DNA of 64,000 nt from an uncultured bacterium. Lineage in GTDB: Bacteria; Babelota; Babeliae; Babelales; Vermiphilaceae. The position numbers and the translations under genes were made by a program. Under the pieces are notes generated by a model. It worked only from the letters and a program-made list of their open reading frames with translations, ran no database searches and was not told the origin of the DNA. Positions 27,649 to 37,194 of the stretch are shown piece after piece. Each line of letters opens with the position of its first letter. The stretch's first letter is position 1. The stretch lies in assembly GCA_963702025.1 (NCBI GenBank), contig OY969699.1:1152001-1216000 (forward strand), read 5' to 3'.

Positions 27649-28674
27649 ATGGAAAAAAAAGAATTAGTAGATGTGAGTATAATCACACTCCAAGAAACAC
27701 CCGAGGAGCGATCGAATGATTTTTGCCCAAAAACATTCGATGACTATTTAGGGCAACAAGAATTAAAAGAAAAACTTGCCGTATTTACCCAAGCGGCCAA
27801 AATGCGCCAAGAGCCGCTTGACCATCTACTGCTCTTTGGTCCTCCCGGAGTGGGTAAAACAACGTTATCGGGAATCATGGCACAGGTAATGGGGGTTGGC
27901 ATAAAAATTTGCAGTGGACCCATGATGGAACGGACGGGCGATTTGGTGGCAATACTTTCAAGCCTCGAGCCACGTGATATTCTTTTTATTGATGAAATTC
28001 ATCGTATGCCAGCAAACGTTGAAGAAGTGCTTTACAACGCAATGGAGCATTTTAGAGTTGATGTTATTATCGGTCAAGGCGCCGGCGCAAAATCGATAAA
28101 TTTACCCATCAATCCTTTCACACTTGTTGGTGCCACCACTAAAAGTGGTATGATTTCAGCACCCTTGCGGAGCCGCTTTGGTATTATAGAACGCATCGAT
28201 TTTTATTCCGATGATGATTTACAAGAAATTGTATTACAGGCTGCTCAATTTTTAAAAATTTCTATACCAAAAGAATCTGCGCGAATAATAGGCATGTGCG
28301 CACGGGGCACGCCACGTATTGCAAAAAAAATATTGCGCCGCGTTAGAGATTTTGCGCAGGTACAGGGGATCTCAAATATTAGCACCACTTTGGTAACCCA
28401 AGCGCTTAATTTTTTGGGCATCGAAGAAGAAGGCCTTACTAAAATTGATATACTGCTTCTGCAAAAAATTATTGAAAACTTCAACGGTGGCCCAGTTGGC
28501 TTAGAAACACTCGCTGCGCTTATTGGTGAAGATACTGAAACAATTGAGATGGTTTATGAGCCCTTTTTATTGCGCAAAGGATATCTTGAAAAAACAGCAC
28601 GTGGCCGGCAGATTCCGCATAAAAAATTGCCCCATTTGAAACAAAAATTCTTGGGGCAGCACACGTTGCTCTAA
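27649..28674 (+). CDS. ruvB: Holliday junction branch migration helicase RuvB
   Basis: GPPGVGKTT, FIDEIHR, FTLVGATT, LRSRFG, RGTPRIA, GGPVGLET, EPFL. Confidence 0.97.
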   Translation: MEKKELVDVSIITLQETPEERSNDFCPKTFDDYLGQQELKEKLAVFTQAAKMRQEPLDHLLLFGPPGVGKTTLSGIMAQVMGVGIKICSGPMMERTGDLVAILSSLEPRDILFIDEIHRMPANVEEVLYNAMEHFRVDVIIGQGAGAKSINLPINPFTLVGATTKSGMISAPLRSRFGIIERIDFYSDDDLQEIVLQAAQFLKISIPKESARIIGMCARGTPRIAKKILRRVRDFAQVQGISNISTTLVTQALNFLGIEEEGLTKIDILLLQKIIENFNGGPVGLETLAALIGEDTETIEMVYEPFLLRKGYLEKTARGRQIPHKKLPHLKQKFLGQHTLL

Positions 28675-28756
28675 TCTCTTGGCTATATCGACATATTTTT
28701 AAAAAAATATACCCTTAAGATAAATGATAAAATTTACCGGCTAGGAGCATAAAATT

Positions 28757-29470
28757 ATGTCAGGACATTCCCACTGGGCCACGATAAAAAGAAAAAAAGA
28801 AAAAGAAGATTCAAAGCGTGGGCAGGCCTTCACTAAAATAATTAAAGAAATTACCGTTTCGGCAAAAACTGGCGGTGGCGATCCTAACGGCAATCCAAAG
28901 CTCCGCTTACTGATTGATAAAGCACGTGATATCAATATGCCTCTTGAAAACATCCAGCGGGCCATTAAACGAGGCACGGGCGAATTGCCTGGCGTTAGCT
29001 ACGAACCAATGACCTATGAGGGATATGGCCCCTATGGCATTGCAGTAGTAGTTGATACTCTATCGGATAATAAAAACCGCATTGTTTCTGAACTTCGCCA
29101 TGTATTTACCGGGAAGGGCGGAAATTTAGGTGAATCAGGATCAGTTGCTTGGATGTTTGAAAAGATGGGCGTCATCGATGTGAGTGGCACAATCAGCGAA
29201 GATGCAGTTCTTGAAAAACTTATTGACTTTGATGTCAAAGATGTAAAACACGATGGTACATTCTTTACCATTTATTGTGATCCAAAAGCACTCGTGTCCA
29301 TAAAAAAAGTATTGACCGATGAAGGGCTTAAAGTAGAAAAAGCCGAGGTAGACTGGGTACCAAAAAATACGATGTCACTTCCCGATGATCAAGCACAGAA
29401 AGCCTATGAATTTTTAGAAAGCCTTCAAAATCTTGACGATGTTCAAAATGTTTATACAAATCTGGCATAA
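28757..29470 (+). CDS. yebC: YebC/PmpR family protein
   Basis: MSGHSHWATIKRKK, YEGYGP, DNKNR, DDVQNVYTN. Confidence 0.96.
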   Translation: MSGHSHWATIKRKKEKEDSKRGQAFTKIIKEITVSAKTGGGDPNGNPKLRLLIDKARDINMPLENIQRAIKRGTGELPGVSYEPMTYEGYGPYGIAVVVDTLSDNKNRIVSELRHVFTGKGGNLGESGSVAWMFEKMGVIDVSGTISEDAVLEKLIDFDVKDVKHDGTFFTIYCDPKALVSIKKVLTDEGLKVEKAEVDWVPKNTMSLPDDQAQKAYEFLESLQNLDDVQNVYTNLA

Positions 29471-29482
29471 AGGAGTAGAAAG

Positions 29483-30373
29483 ATGATGCGGAGTATGACA
29501 GGATTTGCCACCAAATCTCTTATTATAACGGCGCAGGAAACCAAAATCCCTATTACTCTCAGTCTCAAATCGCTCAATGCTCGTTATTTTGATACCAATT
29601 GCAGGCTACCCTATCCACTCACCAATCTTGAAACTGAGTTTATTAAACTTTTTAAAACAAAATTGTATCGGGGAACAATTAATTTTACGATACACATTTC
29701 GAATCCTAATGCATTCAAGGGGGCAATCGAACCTTCTATTACCACCATAAAAAGTTATTTGCGAGCCTTAGATACCATAAAAAAAACATGCACCATTGAG
29801 GGAACTCTTTCCATAGCCAATGTGCTGTTATTGCCCAACATTTTTATCACCGAAGAACAAGACGTTGATGCCACTTCAAAAAAATTAATATTTGAGGCCA
29901 CCGAACAACTGGTGAATGAGCTCATTGCCACGCAGCTACAAGAAGGTCAGGCATTGCAAAAAGATTTTACCCACCGCGTCGATCTCATTAGCCAAGAAAT
30001 TAAAGCAATTGAAGTTGCTTTTGAACAATTAATGAAAGTCCAAAAAGAAAAAACACAAACAGCAATTGCCGAATTAGAAAATGATTCGTCAAAATTTGCT
30101 CAAATGCAAAAAGATCTCTTGTATGCAATTCTTGATAAAATGGATGTACAAGAAGAAATTGTACGATTTAAAAATCACGTTAGCACCCTCCAATTGACTT
30201 TAGAATCAAAAGAGGTCGAAAAGGGGAAACGGATCGATTTTATTTTGCAAGAACTATCCCGGGAAATTAATACAATTACGGCAAAGTGTGCTGACGGCAT
30301 CATGAGCTCACATGCGATAAATATTAAGGTTGAGCTTGAAAAAATGCGAGAGCAAGCCCAAAATATAGTTTAA
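29483..30373 (+). CDS. yicC: YicC/YloC family endoribonuclease
   Basis: MRSMTGF, KSLNARY, DVQEEIVRF, GKRIDFILQELSREINTI, EKMREQAQNIV. Confidence 0.93.
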   Translation: MMRSMTGFATKSLIITAQETKIPITLSLKSLNARYFDTNCRLPYPLTNLETEFIKLFKTKLYRGTINFTIHISNPNAFKGAIEPSITTIKSYLRALDTIKKTCTIEGTLSIANVLLLPNIFITEEQDVDATSKKLIFEATEQLVNELIATQLQEGQALQKDFTHRVDLISQEIKAIEVAFEQLMKVQKEKTQTAIAELENDSSKFAQMQKDLLYAILDKMDVQEEIVRFKNHVSTLQLTLESKEVEKGKRIDFILQELSREINTITAKCADGIMSSHAINIKVELEKMREQAQNIV

Positions 30374-30446
30374 AGCATAAAAATCATCTTTAAAAATTTA
30401 TTTAAAGAATTTCAAAACGAAGCGTAAAAAGGCCATTGTATACGCT

Positions 30447-31265
30447 TCATTTATGACATGGCTTTGCAGGGCAGGGGACCAGCACCCCGTAAAACAAAGA
30501 TCCAAATTCTGATGTATCTCCCGGAATACCGCTATTAATAATTGTTGCTGTTGCGGTGATTGCGCTATTTACCGGCACAGCACCGATCGATACGGTATTG
30601 GAAGCATTGCCATTGGCATCGGTTGTCACAGAAATTTGCTTTACCAACAATCTGCCCTCTGGATCATTGGCACTATTGCTAAAAAATTGCAGAGTAAATG
30701 TTGAGCTTGGCACGCTGTTTAATGACCATGCAACATTGAGTCCGGAGGAAGTTACCGTGTATGAACTCAGCACCGGATAGTTTTGAAAATCATTCGGGCC
30801 AACTGATGGACTCGTGGCATGGTTTCGTGTAGGGCCATCATTGCCAAGATCTATACCAATCAATGTATTGTTATAGATGCTATTGCTCAAGATACTATTG
30901 CCCACGCTTTGGTCAAGCGCGCTATCACCAACCACAATGCCCTTTTGATTATAGGCAATCAAATTACCTGCGATGAGTGTAGTTCCGCCGATAATATTAT
31001 TATTGGACGTGACTAAAATATAAACACCATACTCTCCATTACCCAAATCAAGTCTTCCGAGCAAATCAGTACCTATAACGTTTCCCGAAACAGTGTTATT
31101 GTCCGAGTTGTTAATAATTTCTATACCATTACCGGCATTGCCTGAAATTACATTTGCCAAAAGAGGATTCAAGGCGACTCTGTGCTTAGGTGATCCGTCA
31201 GCAAAAACATTAAACCCACTCAAAATGGCAATAATACCTATCGCCAGACTCATTATTCTTTTCAT
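30447..31265 (-). CDS. Secreted parallel beta-helix protein with C-terminal beta-sandwich
   Basis: Signal peptide; NVISGN/GNVIGTD repeats; GIDLGNDG…GPNDFQNYPVL…TLQFFSN…EG…TATAT…GDTSEFG module. Confidence 0.8.
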   Translation of the reverse strand: MKRIMSLAIGIIAILSGFNVFADGSPKHRVALNPLLANVISGNAGNGIEIINNSDNNTVSGNVIGTDLLGRLDLGNGEYGVYILVTSNNNIIGGTTLIAGNLIAYNQKGIVVGDSALDQSVGNSILSNSIYNNTLIGIDLGNDGPTRNHATSPSVGPNDFQNYPVLSSYTVTSSGLNVAWSLNSVPSSTFTLQFFSNSANDPEGRLLVKQISVTTDANGNASNTVSIGAVPVNSAITATATIINSGIPGDTSEFGSLFYGVLVPCPAKPCHK

Positions 31266-31284
31266 TAATATCTCCCTTTCTTAT

Positions 31285-31309
31285 AGGGGTTGTTACAATA
31301 ACAACCCCT
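31285..31309. terminator. Intergenic hairpin (terminator or mRNA-stabilising element)
   Basis: AGGGGTTGTTA-caa-TAACAACCCCT perfect stem. Confidence 0.5.
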
Positions 31310-31324
31310 GATAACTTGTATATC

Positions 31325-32056
31325 TTACCCTTCAATGCGACCGGTAGCTCCGGTAAAGGTAGTAACGGGAGTGCAATTTGCTTGAAGGTAGGCGCTGATG
31401 CAATTTGTTTTTGGTAAGCTGATTGGGCCCAAAGGTGTACAGCTGCTTATGATTGAACCGGCTTCACTGCCGGCAAACGGGAACGGCTCAACCAATACTC
31501 CAACCGGATACGGCAATCCCAAAATTGCTCCATTGGTTTGGCCATTAAAACGTAATTCTTGCAGTATTCTTGCATAGGTGCCGTTCTGGACCAATGTCGT
31601 AACCGCAAGTTCAAGATTTAATGCTAAATCACAACATCCCAGAGCTACTTCCCATCCGTTAACACGAGCAAGGGAATAAAAACCGGTGACATCTGTCACA
31701 ACGCCATTAAATGCCAACGGCGGAGTAGTTGATAATGTTGCTGCAGAAAAAGCAAATACATCAATCAATCCAGCAATCAAAGCTGTTCTAGCTAGCCCTT
31801 CATTGCCATATCCAATAAAATTCACCGTATCATAGCCAAGCAGTTTTGCAGCCGCTTCAATCAAAAGCGGGTCAAAACCGATAGCAGTATTTGGGCTCGA
31901 CGGATCCCAACTGCTCCACGGTAATTCGTCCGGAATAATACCAACGTTCAATACGCCTGCCCCTGAAGTGCCGCATGGTAAAGCAGCGTTTATGAACATC
32001 GGAGATCCAAAGCTTAATAAAGCAAGAATCGTCATTATTTTTTTATAAGTATTCAC
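31325..32056 (-). CDS. Secreted Cys-containing protein with truncated family-3 solute-binding domain
   Basis: Probable GTG start; LNVGI…PWS…IGFDPLLIEAAAKLLG…ALIAGLIDV and LVQNGTYARIL match the lobe-1 segments of SBP_bac_3. Confidence 0.65.
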   Translation of the reverse strand: MNTYKKIMTILALLSFGSPMFINAALPCGTSGAGVLNVGIIPDELPWSSWDPSSPNTAIGFDPLLIEAAAKLLGYDTVNFIGYGNEGLARTALIAGLIDVFAFSAATLSTTPPLAFNGVVTDVTGFYSLARVNGWEVALGCCDLALNLELAVTTLVQNGTYARILQELRFNGQTNGAILGLPYPVGVLVEPFPFAGSEAGSIISSCTPLGPISLPKTNCISAYLQANCTPVTTFTGATGRIEG

Positions 32057-32080
32057 TTTTTTTCCTTTCTTTATTAACAA

Positions 32081-33556
32081 TTAGAATCCAACTGCCCATT
32101 TACCAAAGACGGCCCAGCTTGATAGTGCATTACATTTGTCATGGTTGACCACAAACTCATATGAGGCACCAAAGCCAGCCATCCAATCAAAGCAATCGCA
32201 TGCGCAACCGGTCCAAGAAAAAGCGCCATAGACTTTATTGGTAATTAATTTGCCGGCAAGTCCTGAATAAATATCCAGATCTGCCGGTGAAATAGGTACA
32301 AATGCAGCATCCGCAGTGCCGGAACTGGTCATTGTTGCGTTGGAAGCAGTAAATTGACTTAATCCACAACCATTCAAATTATAAATGCCAACGGTTGTTG
32401 GTAAGGGAACACAGTTATCATTTGACAATTCTAAACGCTCTTTTTGTCGCCAGAAGAGGTTATAACCAATTTCAAAGTCCCAATCACAACGCTCGTAGTT
32501 CAAGCCAAGCCACCACTGAATGGTACTGCGGGGCTGTATTTTAACTCTTGACGTGGTAATATTTGCCGCAGGAAATGGAAGACCAGACGCCGCAGAATCA
32601 ACCACTAAAATATATCTGCTGAACTTACCGTTTGGTAATAAATCAAAGGTGCGGCATTCTTTATGGGTAAACACATAACGGTAATAAATATCGGTCATCA
32701 ACGTGAGGTTCGAATCATCGCCACAGCCACAAAAATTGATGTTATAATCAGCTAAAAATCCAACACCGAATGATGCATGCTTGCTACCAACTAATGGCTC
32801 AAAAATATATTCGGCAGTTGGCGAACGGCCGGCAGGAATTGTGCCAGCGAGATATACGCCAACAAGGTTATCGCCACACCATTGGTAATTGTAACCGAGA
32901 CGTAAGAAAATATCTTCAAATCCTGTACGGCGTTTGCCATCATAACAGTTATTGCAATAGAATCTGCTATACTTTAATTGCTCACTACTTAATGCTTGGC
33001 CAACCGTTGCTATTCCCGGGCAAATGGTGCTTGTATTACCTATTTCACAGCAATTTAAACGATGATGCGCATTTGTTACGCCAAAGGTCATATCACCCCA
33101 TAAACCACACCACCAATCATCAAGGTTGGCATAGGCATAGCCCAAATAAGTAAACTGTTTACGAGTTGGATTTATAGTAAATTGCGAAGAAAAAGGAGTT
33201 GCTGGTGCTTGATTGCCCAATCCTAATTCAAGCGAGTTTACAATACCTACACCACCGCCTTGAGCAACTTGTATTGAATTGTTACCATTACCTAATAAGA
33301 AAGCTGATGCAAATCGATCGGAATTCTTTCTGCTTTGTTGATAGAGAGTAAAAGCATTAAAATAAAATTTTTTATCAGGATATTTGTGATATTTATTATA
33401 AAATGTCAGCAAATCGATCCATGCCAAATCAGTGGAAGCACCCCGCGGAACAAATACATGCGATCCACATTCAACTGAAGAAACACTTACGGCATAACTG
33501 AGCGTTCCAAGCGCCAGCATACACAGAGTGAGTATTATATTTTTTTTGCTATTCAT
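32081..33556 (-). CDS. Probable outer-membrane beta-barrel protein, Cys-rich
   Basis: Signal peptide, amphipathic aromatic-rich strands, C-terminal WAVFGKWAVGF with a terminal Phe (BAM-signal-like). Confidence 0.7.
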   Translation of the reverse strand: MNSKKNIILTLCMLALGTLSYAVSVSSVECGSHVFVPRGASTDLAWIDLLTFYNKYHKYPDKKFYFNAFTLYQQSRKNSDRFASAFLLGNGNNSIQVAQGGGVGIVNSLELGLGNQAPATPFSSQFTINPTRKQFTYLGYAYANLDDWWCGLWGDMTFGVTNAHHRLNCCEIGNTSTICPGIATVGQALSSEQLKYSRFYCNNCYDGKRRTGFEDIFLRLGYNYQWCGDNLVGVYLAGTIPAGRSPTAEYIFEPLVGSKHASFGVGFLADYNINFCGCGDDSNLTLMTDIYYRYVFTHKECRTFDLLPNGKFSRYILVVDSAASGLPFPAANITTSRVKIQPRSTIQWWLGLNYERCDWDFEIGYNLFWRQKERLELSNDNCVPLPTTVGIYNLNGCGLSQFTASNATMTSSGTADAAFVPISPADLDIYSGLAGKLITNKVYGAFSWTGCACDCFDWMAGFGASYEFVVNHDKCNALSSWAVFGKWAVGF

Positions 33557-33818
33557 TTTTTCTTATCCTTTTTTATTAGAACTACTCAAAAAAATTACGG
33601 AATAAAAGATGCTCCTCTAAAAATAATGGTAACAAAATAAGACCTTATTGATTTTCTACAACATATGAATAGAGAAATCAAATAGTTTTAATTTTTTTCA
33701 CGCTTTACTCAAATAAAAAAAATCAAGTTGTCAGTACTCCAATCTTGCGTTGTCAAATTATATTTTATACCTTCCTTGTATGCACTAATTTAACAACTTT
33801 ATTTAAGGAGAGTGATTT

Positions 33819-35276
33819 ATGCATATCATAAATCCAATGAGGCATGCATTATCAATTGCATTGCTCATTTCACTCGTTGCAAGCAATGCGCATGCAACCG
33901 TATTTACCGTAAACACAACCTCAGATTCTGTAGCTAATCCGGGTTCTTTACGGTATGCAATTACTAACCTTGCCGCGGGCGCAAACACCATTCAATTTGA
34001 TATCTCTACTTCCGATCCGGGATATAATCCAACAATGCAAACATGGACCATTCAACCGGCAACTGATTTGCCAAACATAGTTCAACAAGTAACCATTAGT
34101 GGTTACACCTTCGCCGGCGCGGTTTATAATACCGCAACACCAAACACCCTTGCGCAAGGCGATAATGCAGTCTTGCAAATTATCATAAATGGCAGCAATT
34201 ATACAGTTGGCGATGGAGCTATCACGGGTAACGGTCTTCATTTTGCTGCCGGATCTGATGGATCTTTAGTAAGCGGGTTAGTAATTAATGAGTGGGTGGA
34301 TAACGGCATTTTGATTGATGGAACTGATGGCACTATTAATGGCATACAAATTAATGGCAACTTCATAGGTACTAATGCCGCCGGCACAGCAGTTGATGCC
34401 AATAGATGCGGAATCGCAATCTCAGGGACAACAAATGCAATAACTAATACGATAATAGGAACAGAAGCGCTCGCCGACCGTAATATAATTGCCGGAAGCT
34501 TCCAATATTTTAATCCCGATAGCTATGGCGTGCGTGGTGCGTGCATAAGCACGATATCCTCTTCCGGAACAACCATTCAAAATAATTATATTGGCACCGA
34601 TATCAACGGCCAGATCGCTCTGGGCAATTCAACCGCTGGTATCATTTTTAATGGGGAAACAGGCAGCCTTATTGGCGGTACTACTTCCCAATCAAATCTT
34701 ATATCAGGACATGCAATTTATGGTGTAAATCTTTCCGGGAACTTTCTCTTTAACTCGTTTGTGGGTGTCACCGGTTCAACTTTTTGTGCAGTTCAGGAAA
34801 ATAAAATTGGCACAAATATTCAGGGAAATACCGGTCTTGGCAATTCTAATGCGGGTGTTGAGGTTGAATCATTTTCAACTAATAATACGATAATAAATAA
34901 TCTTATTTCAGGAAATGGTGCAGGTATTCATCTTGGCCAAGCATCTATGCCGGGTAATAATTTTAATATGGTACAAGGAAATTCAATAGGTACTGATTTT
35001 TCAGGAACTAACATCATTGCAAATACCCGTTTTGGCATTGAGGTGAATGACAGTGAAAACACAGTCGGTGGCGCAGTCTTAGGTCAAGGCAATGCTATCT
35101 CTGGCAATGTTCAAGGCGGCATTTTGATCTACGCAACTTCTGATACAACAGTAAATGGCAATCTCATTGGAACTGATAAAACCGGAACAAAAAAGTTAGG
35201 CAATAACGGTCCTGGTATTCAAATAGGACTCAATGGGGGCCTTGGTGGCAGCAGTGCCAATACCATTGGATCTTAA
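33819..35276 (+). CDS. Secreted parallel beta-helix repeat protein
   Basis: AAGGAG RBS; signal peptide; FTVNTTSD…GSLRYAI N-terminal motif; repeated GN(F/Y)IGT(N/D) and NLISGN. Confidence 0.85.
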   Translation: MHIINPMRHALSIALLISLVASNAHATVFTVNTTSDSVANPGSLRYAITNLAAGANTIQFDISTSDPGYNPTMQTWTIQPATDLPNIVQQVTISGYTFAGAVYNTATPNTLAQGDNAVLQIIINGSNYTVGDGAITGNGLHFAAGSDGSLVSGLVINEWVDNGILIDGTDGTINGIQINGNFIGTNAAGTAVDANRCGIAISGTTNAITNTIIGTEALADRNIIAGSFQYFNPDSYGVRGACISTISSSGTTIQNNYIGTDINGQIALGNSTAGIIFNGETGSLIGGTTSQSNLISGHAIYGVNLSGNFLFNSFVGVTGSTFCAVQENKIGTNIQGNTGLGNSNAGVEVESFSTNNTIINNLISGNGAGIHLGQASMPGNNFNMVQGNSIGTDFSGTNIIANTRFGIEVNDSENTVGGAVLGQGNAISGNVQGGILIYATSDTTVNGNLIGTDKTGTKKLGNNGPGIQIGLNGGLGGSSANTIGS

Positions 35277-35305
35277 AAGATAATTACCACTTTGAGGAGA
35301 TTTTT

Positions 35306-36946
35306 ATGAAACATTTTGTAAAATATTTAATATTGGGCTTATGCTCTCCCTTTATATTTCACTCAACAACACATGCTAATAAATCCAGTCATTTAAGTAA
35401 AAGGATTCACCCTTCTAAAATAGAAACCTATACAACTGCAGAGCTAAACAATCTGAGCAAGACATCACCGTCAGTAACGCGAACTACAGCCCCCGTGCAA
35501 AATGTAGAGCTCCAATTTACTGCCGCAACGGTAGAGAATTCTAAAACTCTCTACAGACCTCAACCAAACTGCAACGGATGGGTTGGCCCCGAGCAATATA
35601 TTTTAATGTCTAATAATCAAATACGCAGTTTTAACAAATTAACCGGTCAACCGGATGGGGTTCTTGATATTGATCCGAGTAGCTTTTTTCAAATTGCTAT
35701 TGCTGATGCACGCATCGATTTCGATCGTTTTGGTCAGCGTTGGTTCTTTGCAGGTATTGATACAGATTATACGACTGGTAGCTCCCCCAACCTTCATTTA
35801 GCATTCAGCGATAGCGCTATCATTACACCAAATACAAAATGGACTATTCTTGTTATTCCAAATGCCCAAATCGCACCCTTTCTGATCCCTTTAGGAAGCG
35901 GAAGCATTGATTATGACCAACTTGCCATTGATCAAAACGCCGTGTACGTAACGGTCCAAACTTTTGACGGACCTGAAGCTAATTTTTATGGCGCATCCGC
36001 AATAGTATTTCAAAAGAGTTCCTTAACGTCAAATAATCCCGTTATCACCGTTTTCACCCAATTAAATCCGGATGCCACGCCAAGTGATGATTTTGAAACG
36101 TACACGCCACCAGCAGATAATTTTGACCGAAATCCCACCTACGGTTATATTTTAGGGCCAAATCTGACTGCCTCTGCGCCAAACTATAATCTTGCAACGC
36201 AGATGTTTTTCTATCGAGTAATCAATCCTGGCAGCTCATCACCATCAATAACTCCCGCAATACCGGTTAATCTTCCGCCATCTGCATATATTACCGCAAC
36301 TGATAGATCCGATTCAACGGGAGCTCCGCACAAAGGTAATCTGTTTGGGCCTGGTTACTATTTACAAACGCTTGATAATGCGCCTGCAGCGGCACACATT
36401 CGCAACCATCAATTATTTACCTGCACTGATATTCTTGTTGATGATACGGGCACGCCAAATTTATTAGGCGATAGAATCGGCGTTGTATGGTATCAGTTTG
36501 ATTTAACCGGCGGTGGTGTAGAAACTGAATCAACAGTTCCTATTCTGGTGCAGTCGGGCGTTTTATATGATCCTACCGTCACCGCTACACCACTCTTTTA
36601 TTTTAATTCTTCCATTATGACTAATAAAAATGGTGATTTGGTTATTATAGCTAATACTTCCGGAGTAAATGAGTATGTAAATATCGTCTATGCAGGTAGA
36701 AAAGCAACCGATCAAGCAGGGCAATTACGCACTCCGGTGACCATAACTAATAATATATTCCCCTATAATTTTGGCTTAGAACAATTTTTCATCAATGGAT
36801 TTACTTTCTCCGTTCAACGGTGGGGAGATTTATCATCATTAGCACCTGATCCGGTTAATGATCTTGATATGTGGCTCACCAACCAACTGCCAATTATACC
36901 AAATGGCTATGGCATTACCGTTGCACAATTAACACCGGCAAGCTAA
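35306..36946 (+). CDS. Secreted beta-rich hypothetical protein
   Basis: GAGGAG RBS; signal peptide; VGP.QY, DARI.FDR..QRWF, DYDQLAID and RWGD motifs, beta-propeller-like. Confidence 0.8.
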   Translation: MKHFVKYLILGLCSPFIFHSTTHANKSSHLSKRIHPSKIETYTTAELNNLSKTSPSVTRTTAPVQNVELQFTAATVENSKTLYRPQPNCNGWVGPEQYILMSNNQIRSFNKLTGQPDGVLDIDPSSFFQIAIADARIDFDRFGQRWFFAGIDTDYTTGSSPNLHLAFSDSAIITPNTKWTILVIPNAQIAPFLIPLGSGSIDYDQLAIDQNAVYVTVQTFDGPEANFYGASAIVFQKSSLTSNNPVITVFTQLNPDATPSDDFETYTPPADNFDRNPTYGYILGPNLTASAPNYNLATQMFFYRVINPGSSSPSITPAIPVNLPPSAYITATDRSDSTGAPHKGNLFGPGYYLQTLDNAPAAAHIRNHQLFTCTDILVDDTGTPNLLGDRIGVVWYQFDLTGGGVETESTVPILVQSGVLYDPTVTATPLFYFNSSIMTNKNGDLVIIANTSGVNEYVNIVYAGRKATDQAGQLRTPVTITNNIFPYNFGLEQFFINGFTFSVQRWGDLSSLAPDPVNDLDMWLTNQLPIIPNGYGITVAQLTPAS

Positions 36947-36988
36947 ATATCTGTTTTTTAAACTTAACGTAGATTATTTTGTGTTTTT

Positions 36989-37026
36989 AGTGGCCTCTTA
37001 TAAGAAAATAAGAGGTCACTTTTTTT
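36989..37026 (+). terminator. Rho-independent terminator
   Basis: AGTGGCCTCTTAT…ATAAGAGGTCACT followed by a T-run. Confidence 0.8.
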
Positions 37027-37194
37027 AAAATCATCTATGATTTATTAAAAGCAGGTGTAAACTTAATTTAATTGAATTTTACCTTTACCATAAAACCTCC
37101 GGCAATACTCTTTTCGCTGATGTTCTTTACGTGTAATTTATGCTGAGCTCTTCTAAAAGAGAAGCAACGCCGGATGTATAGTAGAAAAAAGCTT

